Positions 21,569 through 30,453 of a DNA stretch of 64,000 bases are shown here, piece by piece; the stretch's first letter is position 1; every line of letters starts with the position of its first letter. Position numbers and translations under genes: made by a program. The DNA lies in contig JAJEIE010000039.1 of the NCBI GenBank assembly GCA_022827625.1, forward strand, positions 5,033 to 69,032, given 5' to 3'. The notes under the pieces are model-generated. The model ran no database searches. It was not told where the DNA came from and worked only from the letters and a program-made list of their open reading frames with translations. Origin of the DNA: Candidatus Poribacteria bacterium. Its GTDB lineage: Bacteria > Poribacteria > WGA-4E > WGA-3G.

Positions 21569-22174
21569 ATGGCACATACTTTACCAGCGCTCCCTTATGC
21601 TCACGATGCTTTGGAGCCTCATATTGACGCACAAACGATGGAAATCCATCACGGCAAACACCATCAAGGTTACGTTAACAATCTAAATGCTGCATTAGAA
21701 GGTCATGATGACCTTGCTAACTTAGATGTCGAGGCACTACTTAGAAATATTAATCAAGTCCCAGAAGACATTCGTCAGGCAGTCATTAACAACGGTGGTG
21801 GGCACGCCAATCATTCGCTCTTTTGGTCGATTATGAGTCCTAACGGCGGCGAACCGGGTGGCGAAATCGCAGCTGCGATCACCTCAACTTTCGGATCCCT
21901 TGAAGCTGCAAAAGAACAGTTTGTTGCAGCTGCGACAACACGTTTCGGCTCCGGATGGGGATGGCTCGTCCTCGGAGACAACGGTTTGGAGATCTACTCC
22001 ACAGGAAATCAAGACAGTCCGCTCATGCAAGGACACGTCCCCCTTCTCGGTATTGATGTCTGGGAACACGCATACTATCTGAAGTATCAAAACCTACGTC
22101 CTGCCTACGTTGAAGCGTGGGGAAACGTCATCAATTGGACACGCGTCAATGAACTCTACGTAGCAAACGCCTAA
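21569..22174 (+). CDS. sodA: Superoxide dismutase (Fe/Mn family)
   Basis: 201 aa. Motifs [23 protein letters not shown] and DVWEHAYYL (metal ligands). Confidence 0.95.
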   Translation: MAHTLPALPYAHDALEPHIDAQTMEIHHGKHHQGYVNNLNAALEGHDDLANLDVEALLRNINQVPEDIRQAVINNGGGHANHSLFWSIMSPNGGEPGGEIAAAITSTFGSLEAAKEQFVAAATTRFGSGWGWLVLGDNGLEIYSTGNQDSPLMQGHVPLLGIDVWEHAYYLKYQNLRPAYVEAWGNVINWTRVNELYVANA

Positions 22175-22202
22175 TTTGTATAGTAAGTAGATTTCGGATT
22201 TC

Positions 22203-22250
22203 AGTAGCGGGAGGAGTGAAGATGTTTCAATCCTACCCGCTACTTCATTG
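22203..22250 (+). terminator. Intrinsic terminator after sodA
   Basis: AGTAGCGGGAGGA…TCCTACCCGCTACT hairpin followed by TCATTGTT. Confidence 0.45.
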
Positions 22251-22528
22251 TTACGAAGCACAAGCCCTACCTTTAGGGGTGGGTGTCTTGACCCAACTAC
22301 AACTGGTTAAGAGGCGGCGGCATCGGCGGTTTTATTGGCGATTACGCCTTCTACTATTATTGGGATAAAGGCGTACGTGTTACGGCGGCAGGTGCCGGAC
22401 AGCAAAGCGTCTTCGGAGCCACTGTTACAAACGGCACGGTTACTGCTGTCACACCGACTGACCTCGGCAAGAAATATATCCCATCCCTCAAAAAGTGGAA
22501 CTCTAACCGTCCAGCAGGCCTCGCTGTT

Positions 22529-22786
22529 TTGAAGGGAAACGATTTTGAATATGAAAGTTACGCTGACGACGGTGTGAATGCCGACCCAATTGCATACCGT
22601 ACAGACGACATGGACGGCTGGTTTATCAATTTCCATACCTCCTGCTGCGGGACAGCTATACCCCCGAATGACCAGATCGCCACGGAATATGCTGAACTGA
22701 TTGCAAATCGCTTTGCAACGTCACAAGCCGTGGACCCAACCGGCAAAATTAGTGTCGTATGGGGTAAACTGAAATCTCGTCGATAG
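22529..22786 (+). CDS. Hypothetical protein; the reading frame is open from 22310 (159 codons) but has no canonical start before the TTG at 22529
   Basis: The in-frame upstream part encodes a Gly-rich, protein-like N-terminus (GGGGIGGFIGDYAFYYYWDKGVRV…). The track calls only the last 85 aa. The start is unresolved (rare start codon or sequencing error). Confidence 0.35.
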   Translation: MKGNDFEYESYADDGVNADPIAYRTDDMDGWFINFHTSCCGTAIPPNDQIATEYAELIANRFATSQAVDPTGKISVVWGKLKSRR

Positions 22787-22795
22787 TTTCTATGT

Positions 22796-22877
22796 AACTG
22801 TTAGTTTGCGCGCCACCCCTACGCACAAACTAACAGTTTGTGGTACAGGTGTTCACATATTTTCGGGTTTTACTATA
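22796..22877. repeat. Copy A of an approximately 82-nt palindromic intergenic repeat (17-bp imperfect hairpin AACTGTTAGTTTGCGCG/CGCACAAACTAACAGTT plus conserved 3' tail GGTACAGGTGTTCACATATTTT…TACTATA)
   Basis: About 90% identical to 63234-63314, and the core is shared with the hairpin at 14614. It starts 9 nt after the stop of the upstream ORF. Confidence 0.7.
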
Positions 22878-22904
22878 AACTGTAATCGGAGATTCTAATT
22901 TTTC

Positions 22905-22933
22905 TTGACTTTCCCGTTTGGATGTGTTATACT
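22905..22933 (+). promoter_or_regulatory. Near-consensus promoter TTGACT-17-TATACT (TGt extended -10) driving the ilvB leader
   Basis: Read directly. The ilvB ATG lies about 455 nt downstream, so a long leader is implied. Confidence 0.55.
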
Positions 22934-22939
22934 TAAAAT

Positions 22940-23334
22940 GTAGAGATAATTCTTTTTGGCACGCTTGTGAAACTTGATTAAAACAGCGTGCGTAATTAAA
23001 AAATTAAATAGATTACCCAAAAAGCGTTGAAGGGGAGGAGTAAGTCGTCAAGGCTTGAAAGAGAGGGGGATTCACGGGCTGAAAGGTCTCCTCAAGTTTC
23101 CACGACTGAAGGTCGCCCTGGAGCTGCAAATCTGAACAGTCTATACCTCAGTAGGATGAGCCGGTCTGATGCCCGTTATCGCGTCCCAAAGAGTGCTCTC
23201 TCTCGTTTCAGGAGGGCTTTGTCAGCTTATCTAATGCCTCAAATGAAATGAGAAAGGGAATTGGAGTGGTACCACGGTAAGGTCAGTGTAAGTGTCCTTC
23301 TCGTCTCCAAAGTTGGAACGAGAGGGCTTTTTTA
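22940..23334 (+). promoter_or_regulatory. T-box riboswitch leader (tRNA-sensing antitermination) upstream of ilvBNC; probable Leu (CUC) specifier
   Basis: Conserved elements appear in canonical order. These are AGUA (23046-23049), GA/AGAGAG (23067-23072), GNUGA as GCUGA (23085-23089), and a specifier-loop candidate CUC-A (23098-23101). The T-box sequence AAUUGGAGUGGUACCACGG (23259-23277) resembles the consensus AAUUAGGGUGGNACCGCGG. It overlaps an intrinsic terminator (CCTTCTCGT…ACGAGAGGG + CTTTTTT, 23296-23333). Confidence 0.7.
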
Positions 23335-23393
23335 ATTTTAATGAGCTACGGCACAGCGGAGTGTGCCTACTACCATTTATGAGGAAAATTGGC

Positions 23394-25070
23394 ATGGAAC
23401 TTTCAGGAGCGCAGATCCTTATTGAGGGTCTCAAGCGGGAAGGTGTCGAATATATCTTTGGTGTGAATGGTGGCGCAGCGATGCCGATTTTCGATGCCTT
23501 ATACAGTGAGCCAGACATCAAATTAATTCCGATGCGGCATGAGCAAGGCGCTTCCCACGCCGCTGACGGGTATGCCCGCGTCACCGGAGATGTCGGTGTT
23601 GCACTCGCAACCTCCGGTCCTGGGGCAACCAATCTCGTCACGGGTATCGCAACCGCCTATATGGATTCAATTCCTATGGTTGCGATTACTGGACAGGTTT
23701 TCACCCACTATATCGGCAGCGATGCCTTCCAAGAATGCGATGTTATTGGGGTAACCCGACCGATCTGTAAACACAGTTACCTCATCAAAAGTAACAACGA
23801 GATCGCGGACGTTGTCGCCGAGGCGTTTCACATCGCCAAGACCGGAAAGCCGGGACCCGTTATCATTGACATCGCCAAAGATGCACAGATCCATGAGACG
23901 CTGTTTCAGTACCCAGAATCGGTTGACATCCGCGGCTACAAGCCACAAATCCATGGCGATCCGGCGCAAATTGCGAAAGCAGCAGAACTGATTAAAGAAG
24001 CCAAGCGTCCGATGCTTTATGCTGGTGGTGGTGTTGTGCTTGCCAACGCCAGTGAGGAATTGCGGAAACTTACCTTTAACACACAGATTCCTATCACTGT
24101 TACCCTGATGGGACTTGGCGCATTCCCGGAAACGCATCCATTGGCGATGGAGATGCCTGGCATGCACGGTTCTTGTTGTGCAAATTATGCCTTCACCGAT
24201 GCTGACCTTGTTGTCGCTATCGGCGCACGGTTTGACGATCGCGTTACCGGCGATCTCAGTAAATTCGCGCCCAACGCCAAGAAAATCCACATCGATATTG
24301 ATGCGTCTTGTATTGGGAAAAATGTACCCGTAGATGTCCCGATCGTCGGTGATGCCAAGAGCGTTTTAACTGAATTGAATAAGTTGGTGGGTCCGACGGA
24401 TATCGACCCATGGCGTGCTCAAATTCAGGAATGGAAGCAGAAATATCCATTTGAATACGAGCAAAAGGGCGATAAGGTGATGCCGCAATACGTCATTGAA
24501 CAAATTTATAAACATTACAGCGATGCGATTGTTGTCGCCGATGTTGGACAACACCAGATGTGGGCGGCACAATACTTCAAGTTCACCGAACCTCGGCAGT
24601 GGCTCAATTCGGGTGGACTCGGTACTATGGGCTTTAGTCTCCCGGCTGCTATCGGCGCGCAACTTGGATGTCCGGACAAAACCGTTGTCAATATCAATGG
24701 TGATGGGTCTTATATCATGACAATCCAAGAGTTGGTGCCGGCGGTTACGATGAAACTCCCGCTTAAGGTCTTTATCATCAACAATATGTACCTCGGCATG
24801 GTACGTCAGTGGCAGGAACTGTTCCACGGCAAACGCTACTCCGCTGTCGATTATCACGATAATCCTGATTTTGCCTTACTCGCGGAGGCATTCGGTGCTA
24901 CCGGACTCCGGGTCGAACATCCCGAAGATGTCGAGCCTGCATTACAGAAGGCAAAGGGGATTAACGAGGGTCCTGTTGTGATTGACTTCATCGTTGACGA
25001 AGAGGAGAACGTGTTCCCGATGGTGCCAGCGGGTGCTGGACTTGGAGATGTTATCCGTGGGTTATCTTAA
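23394..25070 (+). CDS. ilvB: Acetolactate synthase (acetohydroxyacid synthase) large subunit
   Basis: About 558 aa from the ATG at 23394 (MELSGAQILIEGLKREGVEYIFG); the track's 23292 start is an upstream alternative codon inside the T-box terminator. TPP-enzyme motifs GQHQMWAAQY and GLGTMGFSLPAAIGA…NGDGS. Confidence 0.95.
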   Translation: MELSGAQILIEGLKREGVEYIFGVNGGAAMPIFDALYSEPDIKLIPMRHEQGASHAADGYARVTGDVGVALATSGPGATNLVTGIATAYMDSIPMVAITGQVFTHYIGSDAFQECDVIGVTRPICKHSYLIKSNNEIADVVAEAFHIAKTGKPGPVIIDIAKDAQIHETLFQYPESVDIRGYKPQIHGDPAQIAKAAELIKEAKRPMLYAGGGVVLANASEELRKLTFNTQIPITVTLMGLGAFPETHPLAMEMPGMHGSCCANYAFTDADLVVAIGARFDDRVTGDLSKFAPNAKKIHIDIDASCIGKNVPVDVPIVGDAKSVLTELNKLVGPTDIDPWRAQIQEWKQKYPFEYEQKGDKVMPQYVIEQIYKHYSDAIVVADVGQHQMWAAQYFKFTEPRQWLNSGGLGTMGFSLPAAIGAQLGCPDKTVVNINGDGSYIMTIQELVPAVTMKLPLKVFIINNMYLGMVRQWQELFHGKRYSAVDYHDNPDFALLAEAFGATGLRVEHPEDVEPALQKAKGINEGPVVIDFIVDEEENVFPMVPAGAGLGDVIRGLS

Positions 25071-25244
25071 TTTTCGTCAGTCCATTCGGCGGGTTTCTTA
25101 CTCTTAAACATGGGCACTATAAACATTGTTCAGGGCGATCTAAAGTTGCTAAAAAACTTGCTTTAGGTTATGAGAAGTTTTTTGACAATTAGAATACTGC
25201 CAGGACAACGTCCGCAGCAGCTCAGAAACACATAAGTTAAAACC

Positions 25245-25742
25245 ATGAATTCAGAAGAACGACACATTTTTTCCGTTTTGGTCGAAAACCGATTTGGGGT
25301 CCTGGCACGCGTCGCAGGACTTTTCAGCGGGCGCGGCTTTAATATTGACAGTCTCAACGTCGCCGAAACACATGACAAGGGTATTTCACACATAACCCTT
25401 GTTACGCATGGAGATGCCCAAATTATCGATCAGATTTACCAGCATTTAAACAGACTCATTGATGTGATTGAGGTAACCGACCTCTCCACTGGAACGCATG
25501 TTGAACGAGAGCTTGTTCTTATCAAGGTTGCCATCGATGACCCACAAAAACGCACAGAGGTTCTGCAAGTCGCAGAAGTCTTTCGAGGGCGTGTCATCGA
25601 TATGAAACCTGCCTCACTTGTCCTCGAAATTACAGGTGATGAGGGTAAATTGAAGGCAGCAATTGATATTTTCAATACATACGGTATCCTTGAATTATCG
25701 CGTACTGGCAAGGTAGCGATGCTACGTGGATCTGAAAAATAG
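25245..25742 (+). CDS. ilvN: Acetolactate synthase small (regulatory) subunit
   Basis: 165 aa. ACT domain HIFSVLVENRFGVLARVAGLFSGRGFNIDSL. It lies 174 nt after ilvB. Confidence 0.9.
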   Translation: MNSEERHIFSVLVENRFGVLARVAGLFSGRGFNIDSLNVAETHDKGISHITLVTHGDAQIIDQIYQHLNRLIDVIEVTDLSTGTHVERELVLIKVAIDDPQKRTEVLQVAEVFRGRVIDMKPASLVLEITGDEGKLKAAIDIFNTYGILELSRTGKVAMLRGSEK

Positions 25743-25927
25743 TTTTTTAACAATCCGCCAAGCGTGCAATCTGAATTTCTGGTGCCACTCAAATTTTTAA
25801 TCAAGTTCCGCACGCGCCGTTGTTGCGTGCTACGCGCATTGGCCAAAGATCGTCGCGGGGCTGGATATACGGAAGGGGGTATTTATGCTACAACCTTCTT
25901 GGACGAACCGCAAGGAAAATTAGAAAA

Positions 25928-26920
25928 ATGGCAACGATTTATTACGACAGTGATGCCAATTTTGATTTACTAAAAGAGCGCACCGTCGCCGTCATCGGTT
26001 ACGGTGCGCAAGGACGGGCACAGTCATTAAACCTCAAAGACAGCGGCGCAAACGTTGTTGTTGGGCTATACGAAGGCAGCCGTTCAAAACCACGTGCCGA
26101 AGCCGAAGGGTTAACCGTCAAAACCGTTGAAGAAGCCGCAGCAATGGCTGACATCGTTCAAGTTCTCATTCCAGATGAACGCCACGCTGCTGTCTACCGC
26201 GACCAGATCGCTCCCAATATGCAAGCCGGAAATATGCTGCTCGTCTCACACGGGTTCAGCGTCCATTTTGGACAGATCGTTCCGGCGAGTGACATTGATG
26301 TCGCAATGATTGCCCCGAAGGGTCCCGGTTCGCTTGTCCGCGAGGTTTTTGAAGGCGGTGGTGGTGTGCCGTGCCTTATCGCTATCCATCAAGACACGAC
26401 GGGACTTGCGCGCGACGTTGCTCTCGCTTATGCCAGAGGCATCGGCGGCACACGCGCAGGTGTGATTGAAACGACGTTCCGTGAGGAGACCGAAACCGAT
26501 CTTTTCGGTGAACAAGCCGTTCTCTGTGGTGGAACCGCCGCACTCATCAAAGCCGCTTTTGATACGCTCGTTGAGGCTGGCTACCAACCGGAAATGGCTT
26601 ACTTTGAGTGTCTTCACGAACTCAAGCTGATTGTCGATCTCATCTATACCGGTGGCTTGAGCAAAATGCGCAATGACGTTAGCAATACTGCCGAATTTGG
26701 TGACCTTACGCGTGGTCCGCTGCTTATTGACGACAGCGTCCGAGACAAGATGCGCCAAATCTTGAAGGACGTGCAGCAAGGTATCTTCGCGCGCGAGTGG
26801 GTCTTGGAGAACGAGGCGAACCAACCCGTACTCGGTGCTCTCCGCCGACAGGAAGAGGAATTGCAAATTGAAGAGGTCGGCAAAAATCTGCGCAGTATGA
26901 TGAGTTGGCTTGACGAGTAA
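25928..26920 (+). CDS. ilvC: Ketol-acid reductoisomerase
   Basis: About 330 aa from the ATG at 25928 ([40 protein letters not shown]). The track ORF begins at an upstream alternative codon. Confidence 0.95.
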   Translation: MATIYYDSDANFDLLKERTVAVIGYGAQGRAQSLNLKDSGANVVVGLYEGSRSKPRAEAEGLTVKTVEEAAAMADIVQVLIPDERHAAVYRDQIAPNMQAGNMLLVSHGFSVHFGQIVPASDIDVAMIAPKGPGSLVREVFEGGGGVPCLIAIHQDTTGLARDVALAYARGIGGTRAGVIETTFREETETDLFGEQAVLCGGTAALIKAAFDTLVEAGYQPEMAYFECLHELKLIVDLIYTGGLSKMRNDVSNTAEFGDLTRGPLLIDDSVRDKMRQILKDVQQGIFAREWVLENEANQPVLGALRRQEEELQIEEVGKNLRSMMSWLDE

Positions 26921-27051
26921 AAGTCGGTTTCTCAAAGTATCCGTGGGCTACTGCCTTCTGGTCATCAGTCGGCTATGAAATAGAGCCTGGGATAGTTAGG
27001 TTTTTCCGCAATCCCTAAACAAACAGCACGAATCACGCCAGGAGGTCAGCT

Positions 27052-28164
27052 ATGAAGTTCAAGGGGTATCTACTTGACGACACCGTCAGAAGCGTTTATG
27101 GATTGGCGGTCGCTGATATAAACGGCGACGGTCAACTTGACATCATCGCCGGTTCCACAGGTGAACCCATTATCGCTTGGTATGAAGCACCTGACTGGAA
27201 AAGACACCTCGTGACCAATCAAGGCAGCGGACACATTACTATTGCGCCTTATGATTTGACTGGCAATGGCACGCCTGATCTCATCGTTGGCAGCGGTTTT
27301 AACCGTGGTGTAAACGCTGCTGGTGGCTACCTTCACTGGCTTGAGGCACCCGTAGCAGATGGACAGAACTGGAAGAGCTATCGCATCGCTGATGTCCCCT
27401 TCATTCATCGGATTGCCCTCGTGAATCTCTCTGGAAACGCTTCAGCCGCTCCTTTTCTCATCGTCGCTTCAATTCGTGGCGAGGACGGCAAACCCGGTGA
27501 ATGGCACAGTCCCGGCTCGGTGTGGTGCTACGAATTATCAGATACCCCGCGAGACGTATCCTCTTGGAAATCCCACCTTCTTGACGATTCTCTTCATATT
27601 AACCACGGCTTGAGTATCAACGACGTTGATCAGGATGGACGTGACGATGTGCTGATTAGCTGCTCGGAAGGATTGATTTGGTATGAACCTCCTGCGGTAC
27701 CGATGACGGAAAAGTGGGGCAAATGGACCATCAGTGATCGAGAATGTAGCGATACATTCGCCGCTGACCTTGATGGCGACGGGGTCAACGAAATCTTGGC
27801 GATTGAACCGTGGCACGGAAACAATCTCGTCTGGTATAAAGCCACCGGCGATCTGCGAACCGACCCATGGCAGCGTCATCTCATTGACGACACACTCAAT
27901 CGAGGACACTCGCTCGCCGCTGTTGACGTTGATGATGACGGCGTGCTTGAGATTATCTGTGGCTACAACGGTGAAGGCACGAGTTTACATCTCTATCGTC
28001 CGGAGAATCTGGAACAAAACCGTTGGCATAAAGAGACCGTCGACGATGGCGGTTTAGGCGTTGGACAGATGCACGTCTTGGATATGAACGGGAACGGCAG
28101 ATTGGATATCGTCGCCAGCGGCCTCAGCACAGGCAACGTCAAGTGGTATGAAAATCAGTTCTAA
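27052..28164 (+). CDS. FG-GAP repeat (integrin-alpha-like beta-propeller) protein, no signal peptide
   Basis: 370 aa. Six or more repeats of D-x-[DN]-G-[DN]-G-x-x-[DE]-[IL] (DINGDGQLDII, DLTGNGTPDLIV, DVDQDGRDDVLI, DLDGDGVNEILA, DVDDDGVLEIIC, DMNGNGRLDIVA). Confidence 0.7.
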   Translation: MKFKGYLLDDTVRSVYGLAVADINGDGQLDIIAGSTGEPIIAWYEAPDWKRHLVTNQGSGHITIAPYDLTGNGTPDLIVGSGFNRGVNAAGGYLHWLEAPVADGQNWKSYRIADVPFIHRIALVNLSGNASAAPFLIVASIRGEDGKPGEWHSPGSVWCYELSDTPRDVSSWKSHLLDDSLHINHGLSINDVDQDGRDDVLISCSEGLIWYEPPAVPMTEKWGKWTISDRECSDTFAADLDGDGVNEILAIEPWHGNNLVWYKATGDLRTDPWQRHLIDDTLNRGHSLAAVDVDDDGVLEIICGYNGEGTSLHLYRPENLEQNRWHKETVDDGGLGVGQMHVLDMNGNGRLDIVASGLSTGNVKWYENQF

Positions 28165-28203
28165 TGGTTCTTTAGACGAACAGTGTTCTATTCTTTCGGA
28201 TTG

Positions 28204-28938
28204 TTAGGAAAGTCCTTTTAATCGCTCAATCTCCTCTTGGAGACGTTTGATTTCGGCTTCAGCGCGTTGTCGAGCATTAGTTTCCCGTTCAGCGCGTGCC
28301 GTTGCGGCTTCGGCAGGGGTCTGTAGCCACTTTTCCGAGACAAGATCGTAAAACCCAAGCGTTTCGCCCCGTAAACGCAACTCTAAACCGAGAGTTGCAG
28401 AAAACGCGCTCCCATTAACTCCAGGCGAAATCGGAGCATACTCCCTACCTATAAGCGCAAATCCCAGCAGCGGAAAGGGTAAATACTGCCGTTCTGGATC
28501 ATAGAGGAAGTATTCGGCAATACCTATTTCCGCATACAGCTCCTTCTTAGCACCCAAATCGTTCCGATATGTATTTTCGCTTGAGAACTCTAATACAAAA
28601 TCTGGCGGTTTACCTTCATCCCAGATGCGATATGTCCGCCGTTCTTTCCTTGCAATGCCGAAAGTCACGAATATATCCGGGGAGATAGATTTCCGTGGAT
28701 TTCCCTCAACATAATACATCATCATGTTGCCTGATACACAAATATCTGGAATATCTTGGAAATGTTCTTGTAGGATCAAAAGTGTATTTATAAGTAGATC
28801 ACGATGCCGTTCAGTTTCTGCCATAGGTTTACCATCCGATTCCGGATAGAAGATATCCGTTTTACCTGTGGGAGCATAGCGTATTTGGGAGTCTGACGTA
28901 CCGGATCCTATTCTTCCGAGAGTATTTTTATCTGCCAC
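28204..28938 (-). CDS. Uma2-family (DUF820) putative restriction-endonuclease-like protein with C-terminal coiled coil
   Basis: 244 aa. Uma2 hallmarks YPESDGKPMAE…LILQEHF…PDI(C)VSGN…YYVEG…PDFVLE. The C-terminal tail is RAEAEIKRLQEEIERLKG. Confidence 0.7.
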   Translation of the reverse strand: MADKNTLGRIGSGTSDSQIRYAPTGKTDIFYPESDGKPMAETERHRDLLINTLLILQEHFQDIPDICVSGNMMMYYVEGNPRKSISPDIFVTFGIARKERRTYRIWDEGKPPDFVLEFSSENTYRNDLGAKKELYAEIGIAEYFLYDPERQYLPFPLLGFALIGREYAPISPGVNGSAFSATLGLELRLRGETLGFYDLVSEKWLQTPAEAATARAERETNARQRAEAEIKRLQEEIERLKGLS

Positions 28939-29125
28939 AATCGCATCTCCTTTTTGGTTTCCGAAAGCTTAAAGATTATTTTGTTAGCTAAGTAATACTA
29001 TATCCTACACTAATTTCAAGTAAAAATCAAGAAAAATTAGCAGCAACACCGCGTACTGTATCAACGAGATTCAGTTATCAATTTTCAGAGAGATCACTTC
29101 CATCCGAACAACTGATACCTAATGA

Positions 29126-30259
29126 CTACCTCTCAATCGCTTCAACGTTCGCACGAGGCAAAGTCGTCTGTTGACCATCTTCGAGTTCAACCCGTAACAC
29201 CCGCACCCGTGCCTCTGTTTCTAAATCCTGGAGTGCTACCGGCAGTGCCGTGACACGTCCCAACTGTCCGAAATACGGTTCCCGAATGATACGCACCGAG
29301 CTGCCAACCTCCAGAATACCGCCAGCGGCATTTTCGTCCGCATCAGATGCTGATCCCGCAGCCTCTGATCCAAGGGGAATCAGGATTTCTGGACGGACAA
29401 CGCCAGCGCGGATCTGTGTTGCGCCGTTAATAGAGGTTTTCATACCTTTCCGCCCTTTTAAAAGCGTTAACGTCTGTTCCGCCATCGCAACATGTCCGAA
29501 CCCTTCCGTGATAACCAGCGTAATCCCAATCTCCTCGGAACCCGTAATCGCCACACCGAGTTCGTAACCGAGAAGTTCCCGGAGGTCTGCATCGTCAATC
29601 CCGCCAGCGATGATACCTCTCACACCGTGCTGGATGGCTTTCTGAATCGCATCCGTCGTGACCAACGAACCGCCAACCAAAATGTTGTCTCGATGTTCTG
29701 GGAGAATCTGTTCAGCGGTCAACTCGTCGCTCGACGATTTGGCGACAACGACCAAGTCTCCTACTGTCTCGCCACCAATCCCGAAGATGCCTTGGATGTA
29801 AGTCCCGTAGGTCTCTACAGTGACACCTTCGGTTGGGACGGTTTCTGTTACGATACCGTCTGTGTATGCCTTGACTTCAACAGGAATAGGTGGTTCACGA
29901 AGGATCACCTGTCCTGTGACATCGGAAACGGCTTCGATTGTACCGTCAATCGGTGAGCGTGCCTGTGATTTGAAAAGTCCAAAGAGTCCTTTTGTTGTGG
30001 CAATAACCTCGTCCTTCGAGATAGATTCACCTACCGGTTTGAGCATGTACTCGGCGACTTCCTTTGGAGGCACACTGAGTAGATTCGCAACGTTCAAGAG
30101 TTGAACATTACCCGGCAGATCCGCCTTTGCGACGACATCCTCTGCCTTGACTGTTGCACCGGCTTCGACAAGCACTTCGCCTTCAAGCGGGAGCCGGCGT
30201 TCTTTTTCAATTGTCATCCCCTCGGTCACCTTGAGACCGGGGGTATATGCATGCGCCAT
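29126..30259 (-). CDS. Conserved hypothetical protein (377 aa)
   Basis: Long ORF with good coding character, rich in Gly, Val, Glu and Thr (…GIIAGGIDDADLRELLGYELGVAITGSEEIGITLVITEGFGHV…). I cannot assign a family by eye. Confidence 0.5.
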   Translation of the reverse strand: MAHAYTPGLKVTEGMTIEKERRLPLEGEVLVEAGATVKAEDVVAKADLPGNVQLLNVANLLSVPPKEVAEYMLKPVGESISKDEVIATTKGLFGLFKSQARSPIDGTIEAVSDVTGQVILREPPIPVEVKAYTDGIVTETVPTEGVTVETYGTYIQGIFGIGGETVGDLVVVAKSSSDELTAEQILPEHRDNILVGGSLVTTDAIQKAIQHGVRGIIAGGIDDADLRELLGYELGVAITGSEEIGITLVITEGFGHVAMAEQTLTLLKGRKGMKTSINGATQIRAGVVRPEILIPLGSEAAGSASDADENAAGGILEVGSSVRIIREPYFGQLGRVTALPVALQDLETEARVRVLRVELEDGQQTTLPRANVEAIER

Positions 30260-30453
30260 TAATAGACCTCAATTGCAAGATATAACTCGTAATACAATTT
30301 TTAGAGAAATAGATAATCGGTTTGTTTATCGAAAGATTTTCTGATCAATGATTACTGACAACCGATAACTGATAACTGAATACCCAATATATTATACCAT
30401 TTTCGTTGTCTTTATGGTAAGATGAAATCAAAAATTAGACAAGGTGGGACAAT

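Noticed and set aside
22307-22636. 109-aa minus-strand ORF and 65-aa plus-strand ORF (22335-22532) overlapping the 22310-22786 frame
   Set aside because: Their translations are not protein-like (Ser/Leu/Arg-rich). The third frame gives a coherent Gly/Tyr-rich sequence continuous with the called 85-aa ORF.
23027-23251. 74-aa plus-strand ORF (MKGRSKSSRLEREGDSRAE…) in the long spacer before ilvB; also briefly considered as tmRNA or RNase P RNA because of the GGGG… start and GC-rich structure
   Set aside because: Low-complexity Arg/Ser-rich translation. The region is better explained as Stem I-III of a T-box leader (AGUA, AGAGAG, GNUGA boxes in order, followed by T-box and terminator). No tmRNA tag-reading frame or RNase P conserved motifs (GGAAAGUCCGG, ACAGAANCCGGCUUA) are present.
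23667-24290. 207-aa minus-strand ORF inside ilvB; similar antisense ORFs inside ilvC (26246-26935), relA/spoT (54534-55280), the DUF4097 gene (60176-60637), the ABC-2 permeases and the SBP
   Set aside because: All lie antisense within genes that carry unambiguous family motifs. They are typical GC-skewed shadow ORFs.
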